The notes beneath the pieces are model-generated. The model was not told the DNA's origin. It did no database searches and saw only the letters and a program-made list of their open reading frames with translations. A stretch of 64,000 nt of DNA, from the NCBI GenBank assembly GCA_963827235.1, contig CAWHAE010000014.1:128001-192000 (forward strand), in the 5' to 3' direction. The position numbers were made by a program, and so were the translations under genes. This DNA comes from an uncultured bacterium (GTDB taxonomy: Bacteria > Chloroflexota > UBA5177 > JANWHV01). Each line of letters starts with the position of its first letter. Within the stretch, counting starts at the first letter, position 1. Of the stretch, positions 49,948 through 59,637 are shown one piece after another.

Positions 49948-51105
49948 GTGTCGCGCGAATCGCTACCTGAGCTATTTGATAAGGCAAATCGCACTCGTCA
50001 CACCGGGGCCTCTCAGGCGCGATTCCGTCAGATAGCTGAATCACTCAAGCAAGGCATACTGAGCGGCGTGTATCAGCCAGGTGATCACCTGCCCACCGAG
50101 ATGGAGCTGGCCCGCGAGCATCAGGTGAGCAGGGTGACCGCGGCCTCGGCGCTTACCGAACTGGCACGGGCGGGTCTGGTCACGCGCACCCCGCGTCGCG
50201 GCACCGTGGTGCGAGAGAATGCCAGGTATGCGCGAGTAGCGGCCCAACCGCTGGTCGCCTGGATCGTTCGCAGGATCGAGACGACGTTCAACCTGAGCGT
50301 CCTGCAGGGCATCCAGCGCGGCGTGAAGGAGGCGGGATTCGGCTTGCTGCTTATACAAAGCGGCGAAACGCACGTGGAGGAGGCTGCCGCCATCCGCGAG
50401 GCGGTAGCGGAAGGCTCCGCCGGCATCATGCTCTTTCTGCAGGACGGCGAAAGCTACAACGCGGAGGTGCTGCGGCTCGTACTGGCCAATTACCCGGTAG
50501 TGTTGGTAGACCGCTACTTGCGTGGCGTGCACTGCGCGGTGGTCTCCAGCGATAACGAGGGCGGATCACACCAGCTGGTACACGAGCTGCTCGCCGCGGG
50601 GCACCGGAGAATCTGCCTTATCACCTTCCCCCCGGGACACACGTCGACCATCGAGGACCGGGTCCGGGGATACGTGCGAGCGCTTACGCTGGCCGGCGCG
50701 CCCGTCGACTACACACTGCACTACGTGGTCAGCAGCGAGGAGGAAGCGGCCGTCTGGGAGCCGGGGACCCACGTCGTCCAGGCCTTTGCAGAATTCCTGC
50801 GCTGCCATGCGGACGTTACCGCGGTCTATGCTACCAACGCGTTCCTCGGCTTGGTTGCCTTCCGCGCCATCGAGTTGTTGTGCTTGCGCATTCCCGAGGA
50901 CGTATCGTTCATCTGTATCGACCCGCTGGAAGCCATCCCCATGACCCTGCCGGCCATGACATGCGGCCTGCAGCAGGGCGAGGCGATTGGCAGAACCGCC
51001 GTATCGCTGCTCCAGGAGATGCTGGTCGGCAAGCCACCGCGCACGGTGCTCCTGCCCATGCTCGTGCGCAGACAAGGATCGATCGCTACACCTGGACGCC
51101 GGTGA
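49948..51105 (+). CDS. GntR-HTH / LacI-type effector-domain regulator (AraR subfamily)
   Basis: GDHLPTEMELA...VSRVT...GLVTRTPRRGT, followed by PVVLVDRY, SDNEGG, GHRRI, IPEDVS. Confidence 0.92.
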   Translation: MSRESLPELFDKANRTRHTGASQARFRQIAESLKQGILSGVYQPGDHLPTEMELAREHQVSRVTAASALTELARAGLVTRTPRRGTVVRENARYARVAAQPLVAWIVRRIETTFNLSVLQGIQRGVKEAGFGLLLIQSGETHVEEAAAIREAVAEGSAGIMLFLQDGESYNAEVLRLVLANYPVVLVDRYLRGVHCAVVSSDNEGGSHQLVHELLAAGHRRICLITFPPGHTSTIEDRVRGYVRALTLAGAPVDYTLHYVVSSEEEAAVWEPGTHVVQAFAEFLRCHADVTAVYATNAFLGLVAFRAIELLCLRIPEDVSFICIDPLEAIPMTLPAMTCGLQQGEAIGRTAVSLLQEMLVGKPPRTVLLPMLVRRQGSIATPGRR

Positions 51106-51367
51106 CCGGGTGGATGCCCGAGACCGAGGACTTGCATGAGAAGGCCGGAAGGACGTGACGGCAGCTACGAATTGACCGCTGGACAGCGAGGCAGGCATGC
51201 GATATACACTAATCGTCGCGGAGGGCCCGGATCGTTCCGCATCTCGGCTTCGGCTATCCCGGCCCGAAGCAGCGGCTGTGAACGTGAATCGGCGCGCCAG
51301 CCCCCGGGAGAGCGCCCGGCTGCTGCCCGGCAGCTGTCGCGAGAATAACCCGCAGAGGAGTACACTG

Positions 51368-51724
51368 ATGTCTCAAGTCCTGGTCGTCGACGACGACGAG
51401 ATGATCCGCGACTACGTCGACATGGCGCTACAGGGTGCAGGTCACGAGGTTGTTCAGGCGGCCCACGGCGCGGAAGCGCTGGCGGTGCTTGACGGTATAT
51501 CACCCGACATGATCCTGCTGGATATGCGGATGCCCATGATGGACGGCTGGGAATTTGCCGAGCGCTATCGCGCCAAGCCCGGCCGAAAGGTGCCGATCGT
51601 GGTAATGACCGCGGCTGCCGATGCCGCGGCCCGGGCCGCGCAGGTCCAGGCCGACGCCTTCCTTGCCAAGCCGTTCAGCCTGGTGGCGCTGTGCGATTGC
51701 GTCGAGAGACACTCGGCCGGCTGA
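51368..51724 (+). CDS. Single-domain response regulator (CheY-like)
   Basis: VLVVDDD, ILLDMRMPMMDG, VVMTA, AKPF; GAGGAG RBS. Confidence 0.93.
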   Translation: MSQVLVVDDDEMIRDYVDMALQGAGHEVVQAAHGAEALAVLDGISPDMILLDMRMPMMDGWEFAERYRAKPGRKVPIVVMTAAADAAARAAQVQADAFLAKPFSLVALCDCVERHSAG

Positions 51725-51764
51725 TTTTCACCACTACGCCCAGCCCTCCGAGGCCCAGCGATCC

Positions 51765-52935
51765 CTAGGCCTCTCCTCCTGCCGGCGACACGGGCTTGCG
51801 GTACTCCCAGCCGCTGCGAAACAGCGGCAGATAGTTGGCCGGGTTGTAGGGATGCAAGGCGATCTCGTCGTAGTTGAGATCCGTTCCCCAACCGGGGAGG
51901 TCCTGACGAGACAGTGATGTAGCCGTCCTTGACCCGAACCGGGTTGGTCAGAACGCGATTGGACCAATCGTCGTTGAAATCGTCGAAGATCTCATGGATG
52001 AAGAAGTTGGGGGTCGCGGTATTGAGGTGCGCCGCAGCCAGCGAGCATAGCGGTCCTTGCGCACTGTGGGGCGCCGTGACTCCACCGTACGCGTGCACCA
52101 TGCCGGCGACCGTGCGCGCATTCGACATGCCCAGAAACTGCGGCTCGAGCTGTACGATGTGCACGACGTTGTGCTGCAGCAGCTCCGCAAACTGCTCCGG
52201 GCAGTAGTAGTCCTCGCCGCAGGCGATCGGCACCGGACTGCGCCGAGCCACCTCTACCATCGCGGAGATGCGCTGCGGCGCCACGGGCGCTTCGAACCAG
52301 GTCGGCTCGTACATCGCCATGGCCTCGGCGAAGCGAAGAGCCGTGTGCACGCTGAAGCGGTTGTGTCCCTCGATCAACACGTCGACGTCCGGGCCCACTG
52401 CATCCCGTACCGCCGCGATAATCTCCAGCGCCAGGGAGAAGTCGCGGGGCTCTACGGCCCGCCAAGCGCCGCCGAACGGATCGAACTTGAGAGCAGTATA
52501 CCCTCGCGCCACGGTCGCCTTGGCCTTGTCGAAAAAGCTCTTCGGATCGCGCGGTCCGCGATACCAGCCGTTGGCATAGACGCGAAGGCGCTCGTGACAC
52601 CGACCTCCCAACAATCTGTAGACGGGTTGGCCGGTCACCTTGCCCACGATGTCCCAGCAGGCGTATTCTATGCCTGCCAGCGCGGCGCCGTGGATCTGGC
52701 CGCCGTCGGAAAACACATCCCTGAACAGCCTGAGCGAGATCTCCTGCACGTCGAATGGATCGCGACCCATCACGTGCTGCTTGAGCTCGTGCACGGCAGC
52801 CTCTGCCGTCTTGGCGAAGCCGTTCAACGTCGCCTCGCCCAGCCCGTGCACGCCCTCGTCTGTATCGACCCTGATAAACACCCAGTTCTTCCAGCTATTG
52901 CCGGCAATGTACGTCGTCACGTCGACGATCTTCAC
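51765..52935 (-). pseudogene. Mandelate racemase / galactonate dehydratase-like enolase-superfamily enzyme; frameshifted at ~51903
   Basis: TDEG.HGLGEA, WDIVGK, YRLLGG, YANGW, LKFDPF, EGHNRF. Removing one base gives DLPGWGTDLNYDEIALHPY..., ending at the TAG at 51765. Confidence 0.85.
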
Positions 52936-53153
52936 GGCCTCCTCCAGTCGGTATCAGCCCGGGTTCTCCCAATGCCCACGGCAGGCACTCCAACACACAA
53001 GCAATCGTACCGTATCGAATGCTCGCAACCCGGCGCGAGCATGCATCGAACAGCGGCAGACTCACGGCACTCAGAACCCGGACAAAGCCTGATACCCTAG
53101 CCATCGGGCGGGCCGCGCCGTACCTCACCTGTCGCGCTGGAGCGGGAGAATCG

Positions 53154-54479
53154 ATGACGAGACGTACTCGGCGGAGACGTTCGCCCGGTGAGGTATGGGC
53201 AGAGCTGAGGACCTACATCCGAAGCTTCAGAGACCTCGGCAGCAACGCCAGGCAACTCATCATCGCCGCCACCCTGCTGTGGGTGGGTATTGGCATATCG
53301 GGCGTGCTTTTCAATCTCTACCTGGTAGGGCTCGGCTACAACGTGGCGTACGTCGGCCTGCTTGCGGCCGTCTCCACGGTCGGGCAGGCAGCAGCTTCAC
53401 CGCTAATGGGCCCGCTTCTGAGGCGATGGAGCGCGCGGACCGTGATGACGGCGGCCACCAGCTTGGTCGCTCTTTCGATGGTGCTTTGCGCCGTGGCCAC
53501 CAATGCCGAGCTGCTCGTGTTTGCAGTGGTGATACAGGGCGTCGCCATTGCCGTCGCTTCGATCCCGTCTGCGCCGTTCCTGATGGAGCACACCACTGTC
53601 GAGCAGCGCGCCCATGCATTCTCCGCTTATGTTGCAGCCACGAATTTCGGTTCCATGATGGGGTCGCTGATCAGCGGCTTGGTGCCGCCCGTCTGCGCCT
53701 TGATGCTCTTTTTGCCCAGGTCTTCCGTACCGCAAGACAGGCTCGGCCTGCTCCTGGGCGCTGCTGTCACCTCGATCGGAATCTGGACTCTGCTGAGAAT
53801 CAGCAAGGCAGTCCCGGCTGAGGAAGGCAATGCAGTAGCGGTCTCGATGGCCACGGCAGACGACGCCGATCAGGATGAGACCCGCCGCGACGTCATAGCC
53901 ATGATGGTTGCCAGTGCGTTGATTGCCATCTCGCTTGGCGTGATTTATCCGCTGTTCAACGTCTATTTCGCCACAGTGCACCACGCCAGCACCTCCACGA
54001 TCGGCGGATTCTACGCCGCTTCCGGCGTGATCTGCACCGTCGCGGTGCTCTTCGGACCGCTCGCGGCTCGCAGAGGGACGCTTCGCTGGCTGATCGCGGC
54101 CCGGCTGCTGTCCGTACCGATGTTCCTGGTTCTCTGGCTGCAGCCCGGTCTGATCGTCGCCTTTCTCGCCTATATCGGCCGTAACATTAGTGGGCAGCTC
54201 ACCGGCGTTCTGGAGAATACCTACTCCATGGAGGCCGTCCCGGCAAATCTGAGGAGCGCGGTGGCAAGCTGGCGCACGTTCTCCTTTAACGTCGGCTGGA
54301 CAGTGAGTTCTCTGGCCGCGGGCGTGATCGTCGCCCGCTTCGGCTTCGAGCCTGTTTTCGTGGCCGGCGCCGTCTTCACGGTTGCCGGGTCGGGGACCTG
54401 GTACTACCGCTTTGCGCGCAAGGGCTCGCGCAGACGATTTCCCTTGCATGCCGAGGCGGCGCATCCGGGTCCCGAGTAG
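53154..54479 (+). CDS. MFS transporter
   Basis: About 12 TM helices in a 6+6 arrangement; LFNLYL..LG, PFLMEH, YSMEAVP. Confidence 0.9.
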   Translation: MTRRTRRRRSPGEVWAELRTYIRSFRDLGSNARQLIIAATLLWVGIGISGVLFNLYLVGLGYNVAYVGLLAAVSTVGQAAASPLMGPLLRRWSARTVMTAATSLVALSMVLCAVATNAELLVFAVVIQGVAIAVASIPSAPFLMEHTTVEQRAHAFSAYVAATNFGSMMGSLISGLVPPVCALMLFLPRSSVPQDRLGLLLGAAVTSIGIWTLLRISKAVPAEEGNAVAVSMATADDADQDETRRDVIAMMVASALIAISLGVIYPLFNVYFATVHHASTSTIGGFYAASGVICTVAVLFGPLAARRGTLRWLIAARLLSVPMFLVLWLQPGLIVAFLAYIGRNISGQLTGVLENTYSMEAVPANLRSAVASWRTFSFNVGWTVSSLAAGVIVARFGFEPVFVAGAVFTVAGSGTWYYRFARKGSRRRFPLHAEAAHPGPE

Positions 54480-54644
54480 GCGACCGGCGGTCTTTCCAGC
54501 CGGAGGCCCGGATACCGTGCACGCGCGGGCCGATCGCTTCTGATCGGCACTCTGAAGGCAGGCAGCTGTGCGGTATAGCGAATGTCGTCACCGGGCGGTG
54601 CTGCCGGTGCAGGGGTATTGTGTTCTGGGCGAAGCGCCGTCGCG

Positions 54645-55997
54645 TCAAGCGATCTGAAAGGCCTGGAACCTCAGATCGCGGCTGTGCGGGGACGGCCTCC
54701 AGTCGACGTGCTCAACCACGATTGGAGACCAATAGGGGCGAGCGAACTCGTACGCGAATCTGTCGTCCACGGCCTCGGACTCTACGACGCCCTCCGACGG
54801 ATGGCGCAGCATCCAGGCCATGCCGGCTACCGCGCTTGACACTACCTGGAGGCTGGTGGCGTTGTTCAGGTCCGCCATCTTTCGTGCCTTGCCAATGGAC
54901 AGCTCGGACCCAAGCCACAGCCCTGGATGGCTGCCGCTCAGCAGAAACACGCCGAGCTCGTCAATACCGCTGACAATCTCCGACTCCAGGATCCGCTTCG
55001 TGGTGACGCGCCGGTCGCTTCCGTCTCGCAGCAGGTCGAGCGAATCCACGGCTTCGTCGCAGGGATGATAGGCGTAGTAGCAGGTCGGGCGGTAGGTCAC
55101 CTCATCGCCAGCCCGGCAAGTGAGATAGTCGGCCAGAGAGATGGCCTCGTTGTGCGTGATCAGATAGGCATCGAAATCGAGATAGTTTGGGCTCCATGAT
55201 CGCACCTTCAACGTCATGCTTGGATGGTCGATGGCGATCGCTGCTCGGCAGCCATTCGCGTGTATCCGGTGGCCGGGCGGAAGGTCCGTCTCATGCGTGC
55301 CCCAACCGAGCTCAGCCGGTTGCAGACACTCGGTGACGAAGCCGTCTACCGACCAGGTGTTGACGAACTCGCCAGAGGCCCGGGCGATCGATCCGCGTTG
55401 CGTATCGCGTTCGGAGATTTGGATCACTTTCACATCGAGGCCTCTCGCCAGCTCGGCCCAGTCCCTTTGTGTGACCAGCTCGCCATGATCGACGCCGTAG
55501 CAGTCCGCCATGATGCGGAGGGCGCGCTTCACCAAGATGGACACGAAACCGGGATTCGCTCCGTGTCCCACCAGTGCCGTAGTCCTGCCTACCGACTCCG
55601 CGGCCAGGGCACGGATTTCCTCGCGCAGATCGTAGTTGCTGGTGGAGATACCGCCCTCGGCAGCGTCGTATGACCACGGATCGATACATGTGTCCAGGTA
55701 ATGCGCGCCGCGATCCTGAGCAAACGGAATGATGTCCCGGCTGCCGATCGACGTAGCCAGATTGACCACGACGTCTCCCGCGTGGACGAGCGGCTCGAGG
55801 ATCGAGGCATACGAATCGGCGTGCACCGGCGATTCGATGACGTGCAGGCCGTACCTGTGGGCCACGGCGATACGCTCGTCGCTCATCGACTGCTCGACGA
55901 GCCATATGTCCCTGCTGCCGAAATGCTGCTTGAGAAGCGGCATGATGGCCTGCCCTATGCTGCCAAAACCGAGCACGACGATGCTACCGGCGGTCAT
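54645..55997 (-). CDS. hss: Homospermidine synthase
   Basis: GFGSIG, YLDTC, HGANPG, ISERDTQ, FVNTWSVDGF, QPAELGWGTHE, ITHNEAIS, YRPTCYYAYHP, GIDELG, NATSLQV. Confidence 0.92.
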   Translation of the reverse strand: MTAGSIVVLGFGSIGQAIMPLLKQHFGSRDIWLVEQSMSDERIAVAHRYGLHVIESPVHADSYASILEPLVHAGDVVVNLATSIGSRDIIPFAQDRGAHYLDTCIDPWSYDAAEGGISTSNYDLREEIRALAAESVGRTTALVGHGANPGFVSILVKRALRIMADCYGVDHGELVTQRDWAELARGLDVKVIQISERDTQRGSIARASGEFVNTWSVDGFVTECLQPAELGWGTHETDLPPGHRIHANGCRAAIAIDHPSMTLKVRSWSPNYLDFDAYLITHNEAISLADYLTCRAGDEVTYRPTCYYAYHPCDEAVDSLDLLRDGSDRRVTTKRILESEIVSGIDELGVFLLSGSHPGLWLGSELSIGKARKMADLNNATSLQVVSSAVAGMAWMLRHPSEGVVESEAVDDRFAYEFARPYWSPIVVEHVDWRPSPHSRDLRFQAFQIA

Positions 55998-56060
55998 TCT
56001 CAATCCGTTTCCTCCTTGGGGCACACTTTCGCGCGGCAGTCCCAGCATGCCACCTGTTGC

Positions 56061-56070
56061 TGCTATTCTA
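56061..56070. promoter_or_regulatory. Candidate bidirectional -10 element between hss and the PLP-enzyme gene
   Basis: Plus strand TGcTATTCT (extended -10) overlaps minus strand TAGAAT. Confidence 0.45.
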
Positions 56071-56243
56071 CTTCTGGGCAAGCGAGTCGGACCGGGACAC
56101 CAGATCCCCGGCTCAGCGGCCGACGCGACATTCAACGTGAGGGTCCGGCTTCTCTCGCCGGCGCCCCGCGTGCTAAGCGGCATGGCGGGCGGCCGCCGGC
56201 TCTATCGGGTCCTCGATCGAATCGACCCTTGGAGGATACGGAC

Positions 56244-57641
56244 ATGGCGATTGAGCAGGCAAGCAGCGGAACGGCCTCGTCGGTCGACAAGGCATTGGCG
56301 GCTGCGGCCACTGCCGAGAAGTACAGGGCGGCGATGCGTGGCAAGCGGTTCGATACGATCGCCGTGCACGGCATCTACAGCATGGAGGAGGCGCTGGCCA
56401 ACCAGGGCAGCATCATCGAGCCGGCGCACTTCAGCACGTCTCAGCATTTTGAGGACAGCCAGGCAATGGAGGAGGTGCTGTCCTATCGGGTCCCGGGCTG
56501 GATCTACAGCAGAGTGGCGAATCCCACGGTGCGTTACCTGGAGGAGACGCTTGCTCTGCTCGAGGGCTACGACTTCGACGGCCGGACCAGTGCCTGTGCC
56601 ACGTCGTCCGGCATGGCGGCGGTGTGGCTCGCCACCAGTCCATTTCTCCGCCGAGTTGGCGGCACCCCGGACCGGCGTCCCAATCTCGTCGCCAGCGCAC
56701 GCTGCTACGGCGGCACATTCATGCTGTTCAACGAGCGCTATGGCGCGGAGCAGGGAGTCGACGTTCGGTGGGTTCACGATCCCCTCGACCTCACCGAGTG
56801 GGCAAGAAACATTGACTCGAACACGCGATTCGTGTACGGTGAGTCGCCAAGCAACCCAGGGCTCTCCATGTTCGATATCGCGCCGGTCGCCCGCCTGGCG
56901 CACGAACATGGTGTGCCGCTTATCGTGGACTCGACGGTAGCCACTCCTGCCCTCATGCGACCGCTCTGCTTCGGGGCGGACATAGTTGTGCAATCGCTGA
57001 GCAAGTGCATTGGCGCCAGCGGACTGGCGATCGCCGGGGCGGTGGTATCGCGACAGGGCATCTTCACGGAGGTCTTGCCTGACGATCTGCGGGCGGACTT
57101 CGCGACGGCGTGCAAGCTGCAGACGTTCCGGGACCATGGTCCCGCGCTGAGTCCGATGAGCGCCCTGCTGATTCTCAGCGACCTGCGCACACTCCGTCAC
57201 CGAGTGGACCAATTTAGCCGGAGCGCAATGGCGGTGGCCGAGTTCCTGGCGAGCCACGCAATGGTCGAACACGTAGAGTACCCCGGGCTTCCGGGCAGCT
57301 CGTGCCACGAGATCGCGCGCAAACTGCTGTGGCTGGTCGACGGCGACCAGGATGGAGCGTCCGTGAACCGATTCGGCCATTTGCTCAGCTTCACGACTCG
57401 CGGCGGCGCCGCGGCGGCGCGTGCCACACTGGACGCGCTGCGCCTGATCTGGCATGCCACCGACCTCGGCCGCGTCAAGAGCGTAGCCACCATCCCGGCC
57501 ATCTCCACCCATCAGCAACAGGGGGAAGCAGGCCGATCGCTGGCGAGTATTCCCGACAATCTGATCCGCCTGAGCGTGGGCGGCGAGGACACGAGAGACC
57601 TGATCGACGACCTCGCACAGGCGCTATCAGCCGCCCGCTAG
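56244..57641 (+). CDS. PLP-dependent Cys/Met metabolism enzyme (O-acyl-homoserine sulfhydrylase / cystathionine gamma-synthase family)
   Basis: FDTIAVHG, IYSRVANPT, SSGMAA, YGGT, ESPSNP, VDSTVATP, PLP lysine in SLSK, IRLSVG.E. Confidence 0.9.
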   Translation: MAIEQASSGTASSVDKALAAAATAEKYRAAMRGKRFDTIAVHGIYSMEEALANQGSIIEPAHFSTSQHFEDSQAMEEVLSYRVPGWIYSRVANPTVRYLEETLALLEGYDFDGRTSACATSSGMAAVWLATSPFLRRVGGTPDRRPNLVASARCYGGTFMLFNERYGAEQGVDVRWVHDPLDLTEWARNIDSNTRFVYGESPSNPGLSMFDIAPVARLAHEHGVPLIVDSTVATPALMRPLCFGADIVVQSLSKCIGASGLAIAGAVVSRQGIFTEVLPDDLRADFATACKLQTFRDHGPALSPMSALLILSDLRTLRHRVDQFSRSAMAVAEFLASHAMVEHVEYPGLPGSSCHEIARKLLWLVDGDQDGASVNRFGHLLSFTTRGGAAAARATLDALRLIWHATDLGRVKSVATIPAISTHQQQGEAGRSLASIPDNLIRLSVGGEDTRDLIDDLAQALSAAR

Positions 57642-58102
57642 AGCCCGATGAGCTAGCACGCCGGTTCTCCGCGGTGGTGCCGTGGTTGCCGTCCGCTGTG
57701 TGGACCGGCGCGACGTGCGAGCGGTACGTCTCCGCCCGTCTCACGCTTCCGCGAGCGGATAAACCCGCATCTCCGCGCAGCTTGACTCTGCCGGCGAATA
57801 GACGGGCAGCGTCCGGATTCGCGGCCTACCATGCCACTCCTGACGGTAGGTGACCACGACGCAGAACGGTTCCTGGCCGGGGACAGTGATTCGACTCTCC
57901 GGCCGCCAACACTACTGCAGCCCTGGCCCCGGGTGAGCGCGGACAATACAGCAACTACCAGTAGCGGTGGGACACTCCGTTCTGCGTGCGGTGACCGGTG
58001 GGGCTGGCACGATGCCCGCGGCACCTGAACTGGGCGCTTCGTCGCTCTCGCCACCATTCAGGGGCAAAGTCGGAGTTGGCGGTGAGTCCCGGCGGGTGCG
58101 GT

Positions 58103-58143
58103 CTCGTCGCCCTCGCGCTCGGGCCAAGCGCGAGGGCGACGAG
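58103..58143 (-). terminator. GC-rich hairpin just after the DUF362 stop codon (no U-tract)
   Basis: ctcgtcgccctcgcgct / agcgcgagggcgacgag, 17-bp perfect stem with a 7-nt loop. Confidence 0.65.
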
Positions 58144-58150
58144 GAGCGAG

Positions 58151-59359
58151 CTAGAGAGCGGCGGCGGACACTACCGCGCGCAAGGCGCGAACCGGGGCCC
58201 GTACCGGCAGAACGTCGAGCAAGAATTCGTAGAAGTGAGAGCCGCAGCCCAGCGCTTCGCTGTAGCGGAGCACCGAATACGGGTCTTTGTACGGTCCGTG
58301 CAGCACCTGGAACGGGTGCAGCGGCCCGTGTGCCCGGTGGGTAGGGGAGCTGCTGCATTCATGCGGCTCCATGCACAGAGGTACGTTCTCTTTGTACATC
58401 GGCAGCTGTGCGGTGGCGTCGAGCGTCGCCTGGTCGAGCGCCACGATGTCGTCGGACCCAAATACGCCGACGTCCGGCAGCACTGGGAGGCCGGTGAAGC
58501 CGAAACAGTCGCAGACGGCCGTCATGTGCGTGGCCAGGTTAATGAAGACCTGTTTCTCCGGCGCGAACGTCTCCAGACAGAGCTTCACGGCGATCGCGTT
58601 CGCCTCCTGGAAGGCCAGGAAGTTCTCCGGCTGGATGCGGAGACTGCCCGACGGTGCGGCGGCAAGACAGCGCCCACACTGATTACATTGCTCGGCGTGG
58701 AGGTGGAGATTGGCAGCGTTGTCGCGGTCGATTGACATGGCGTCGAATGGGCACGAGTCGACGATGGACTGCAGTACCGCTGGGTCGGCGGGAGCACGAT
58801 CGGCGAACCAGTACTGGTCGTAGTGCATCGTATCGTGCATCGCGCTGCGCGTGACCGTCATGTAGGCACCCAAGGCCAGATTCTTGTGCGCGGCGCCGAA
58901 GCTGGTCGCCGGGTGGCCCTTGACGTGCGCGAGATCGACCAGGAAGGTGGCCTCTTCCACGGCGCGGCCCATTCGCCACTCGACCATGTTCTTGAACCGG
59001 TATTCGTGCGTAATGTAGTCGCACTCGTCCGATCCACCGGTCGGCATGAGCGGGCAGCCTAGCGTCTCCAGCGTGTAGCCGCGAGAGGCGGCGGTAGCAA
59101 CGGACCCGTTGGTGTCGGTGACGAACGGATCGCCTCCGCCGTCCTTCACCGCCTGAACAACCTTACGCACGAACACGGGGTGAACGGTCGAATAGCCGAT
59201 GTTCCCGCCGAGGTGCATCTTTATGCACACCCGCTCGCCGCGCACGCGTTCCTTTAGCCTCAGCGCGTCGAGGATAAGATCCAATTTGGCCGGCAGGGTT
59301 TCCGCGGCGTCGAGCATGGACTGCCGGGCACTGCCGAAATAGACAGGTTTGGCTGCCAT
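58151..59359 (-). CDS. DUF362-domain Fe-S protein
   Basis: IKMHLG, PFVTDT, HVKGH...FGAAHKNLALG, CP...CNQCGRC, CDC, D.VALDQA..D. Confidence 0.88.
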   Translation of the reverse strand: MAAKPVYFGSARQSMLDAAETLPAKLDLILDALRLKERVRGERVCIKMHLGGNIGYSTVHPVFVRKVVQAVKDGGGDPFVTDTNGSVATAASRGYTLETLGCPLMPTGGSDECDYITHEYRFKNMVEWRMGRAVEEATFLVDLAHVKGHPATSFGAAHKNLALGAYMTVTRSAMHDTMHYDQYWFADRAPADPAVLQSIVDSCPFDAMSIDRDNAANLHLHAEQCNQCGRCLAAAPSGSLRIQPENFLAFQEANAIAVKLCLETFAPEKQVFINLATHMTAVCDCFGFTGLPVLPDVGVFGSDDIVALDQATLDATAQLPMYKENVPLCMEPHECSSSPTHRAHGPLHPFQVLHGPYKDPYSVLRYSEALGCGSHFYEFLLDVLPVRAPVRALRAVVSAAAL

Positions 59360-59637
59360 CGTTATCCTTCTTCTTCCAACCAGGGTTGAGTCATTGTGGC
59401 CCTCGAAATATCTGCACAGTCCAATGCCGAGGTCGAGTCGAGGCGTCCTCTCTAGGCCGGAAGCGTGGCGAGCCGGCAGTCTCGAGGCCAGGCACAGTGC
59501 TTGTCGCGAGCCACGCGAGTCACCCTGGTGCGCGCCCGGCGCTGTACTTGGGTGCGCGGAGTCGCGGCTGAGCCCGGCCACTATTTGCGGACATTGTACA
59601 CCGGGCCGGAAGGATCTGGTTACCGGACGGGACGCGC

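Noticed and set aside
56075-56160. Canonical SAM-IV riboswitch
   Set aside because: Only a partial ccccggct...ggccg resemblance; the GCAACC core is missing.
57875-58056. tmRNA or tRNA-Sec suggested by GGGG...TTCGAC and GCCA/CCACCA
   Set aside because: Too short for tmRNA, with no proper acceptor/T-arm geometry or anticodon arm; kept only as an unclassified RNA candidate.
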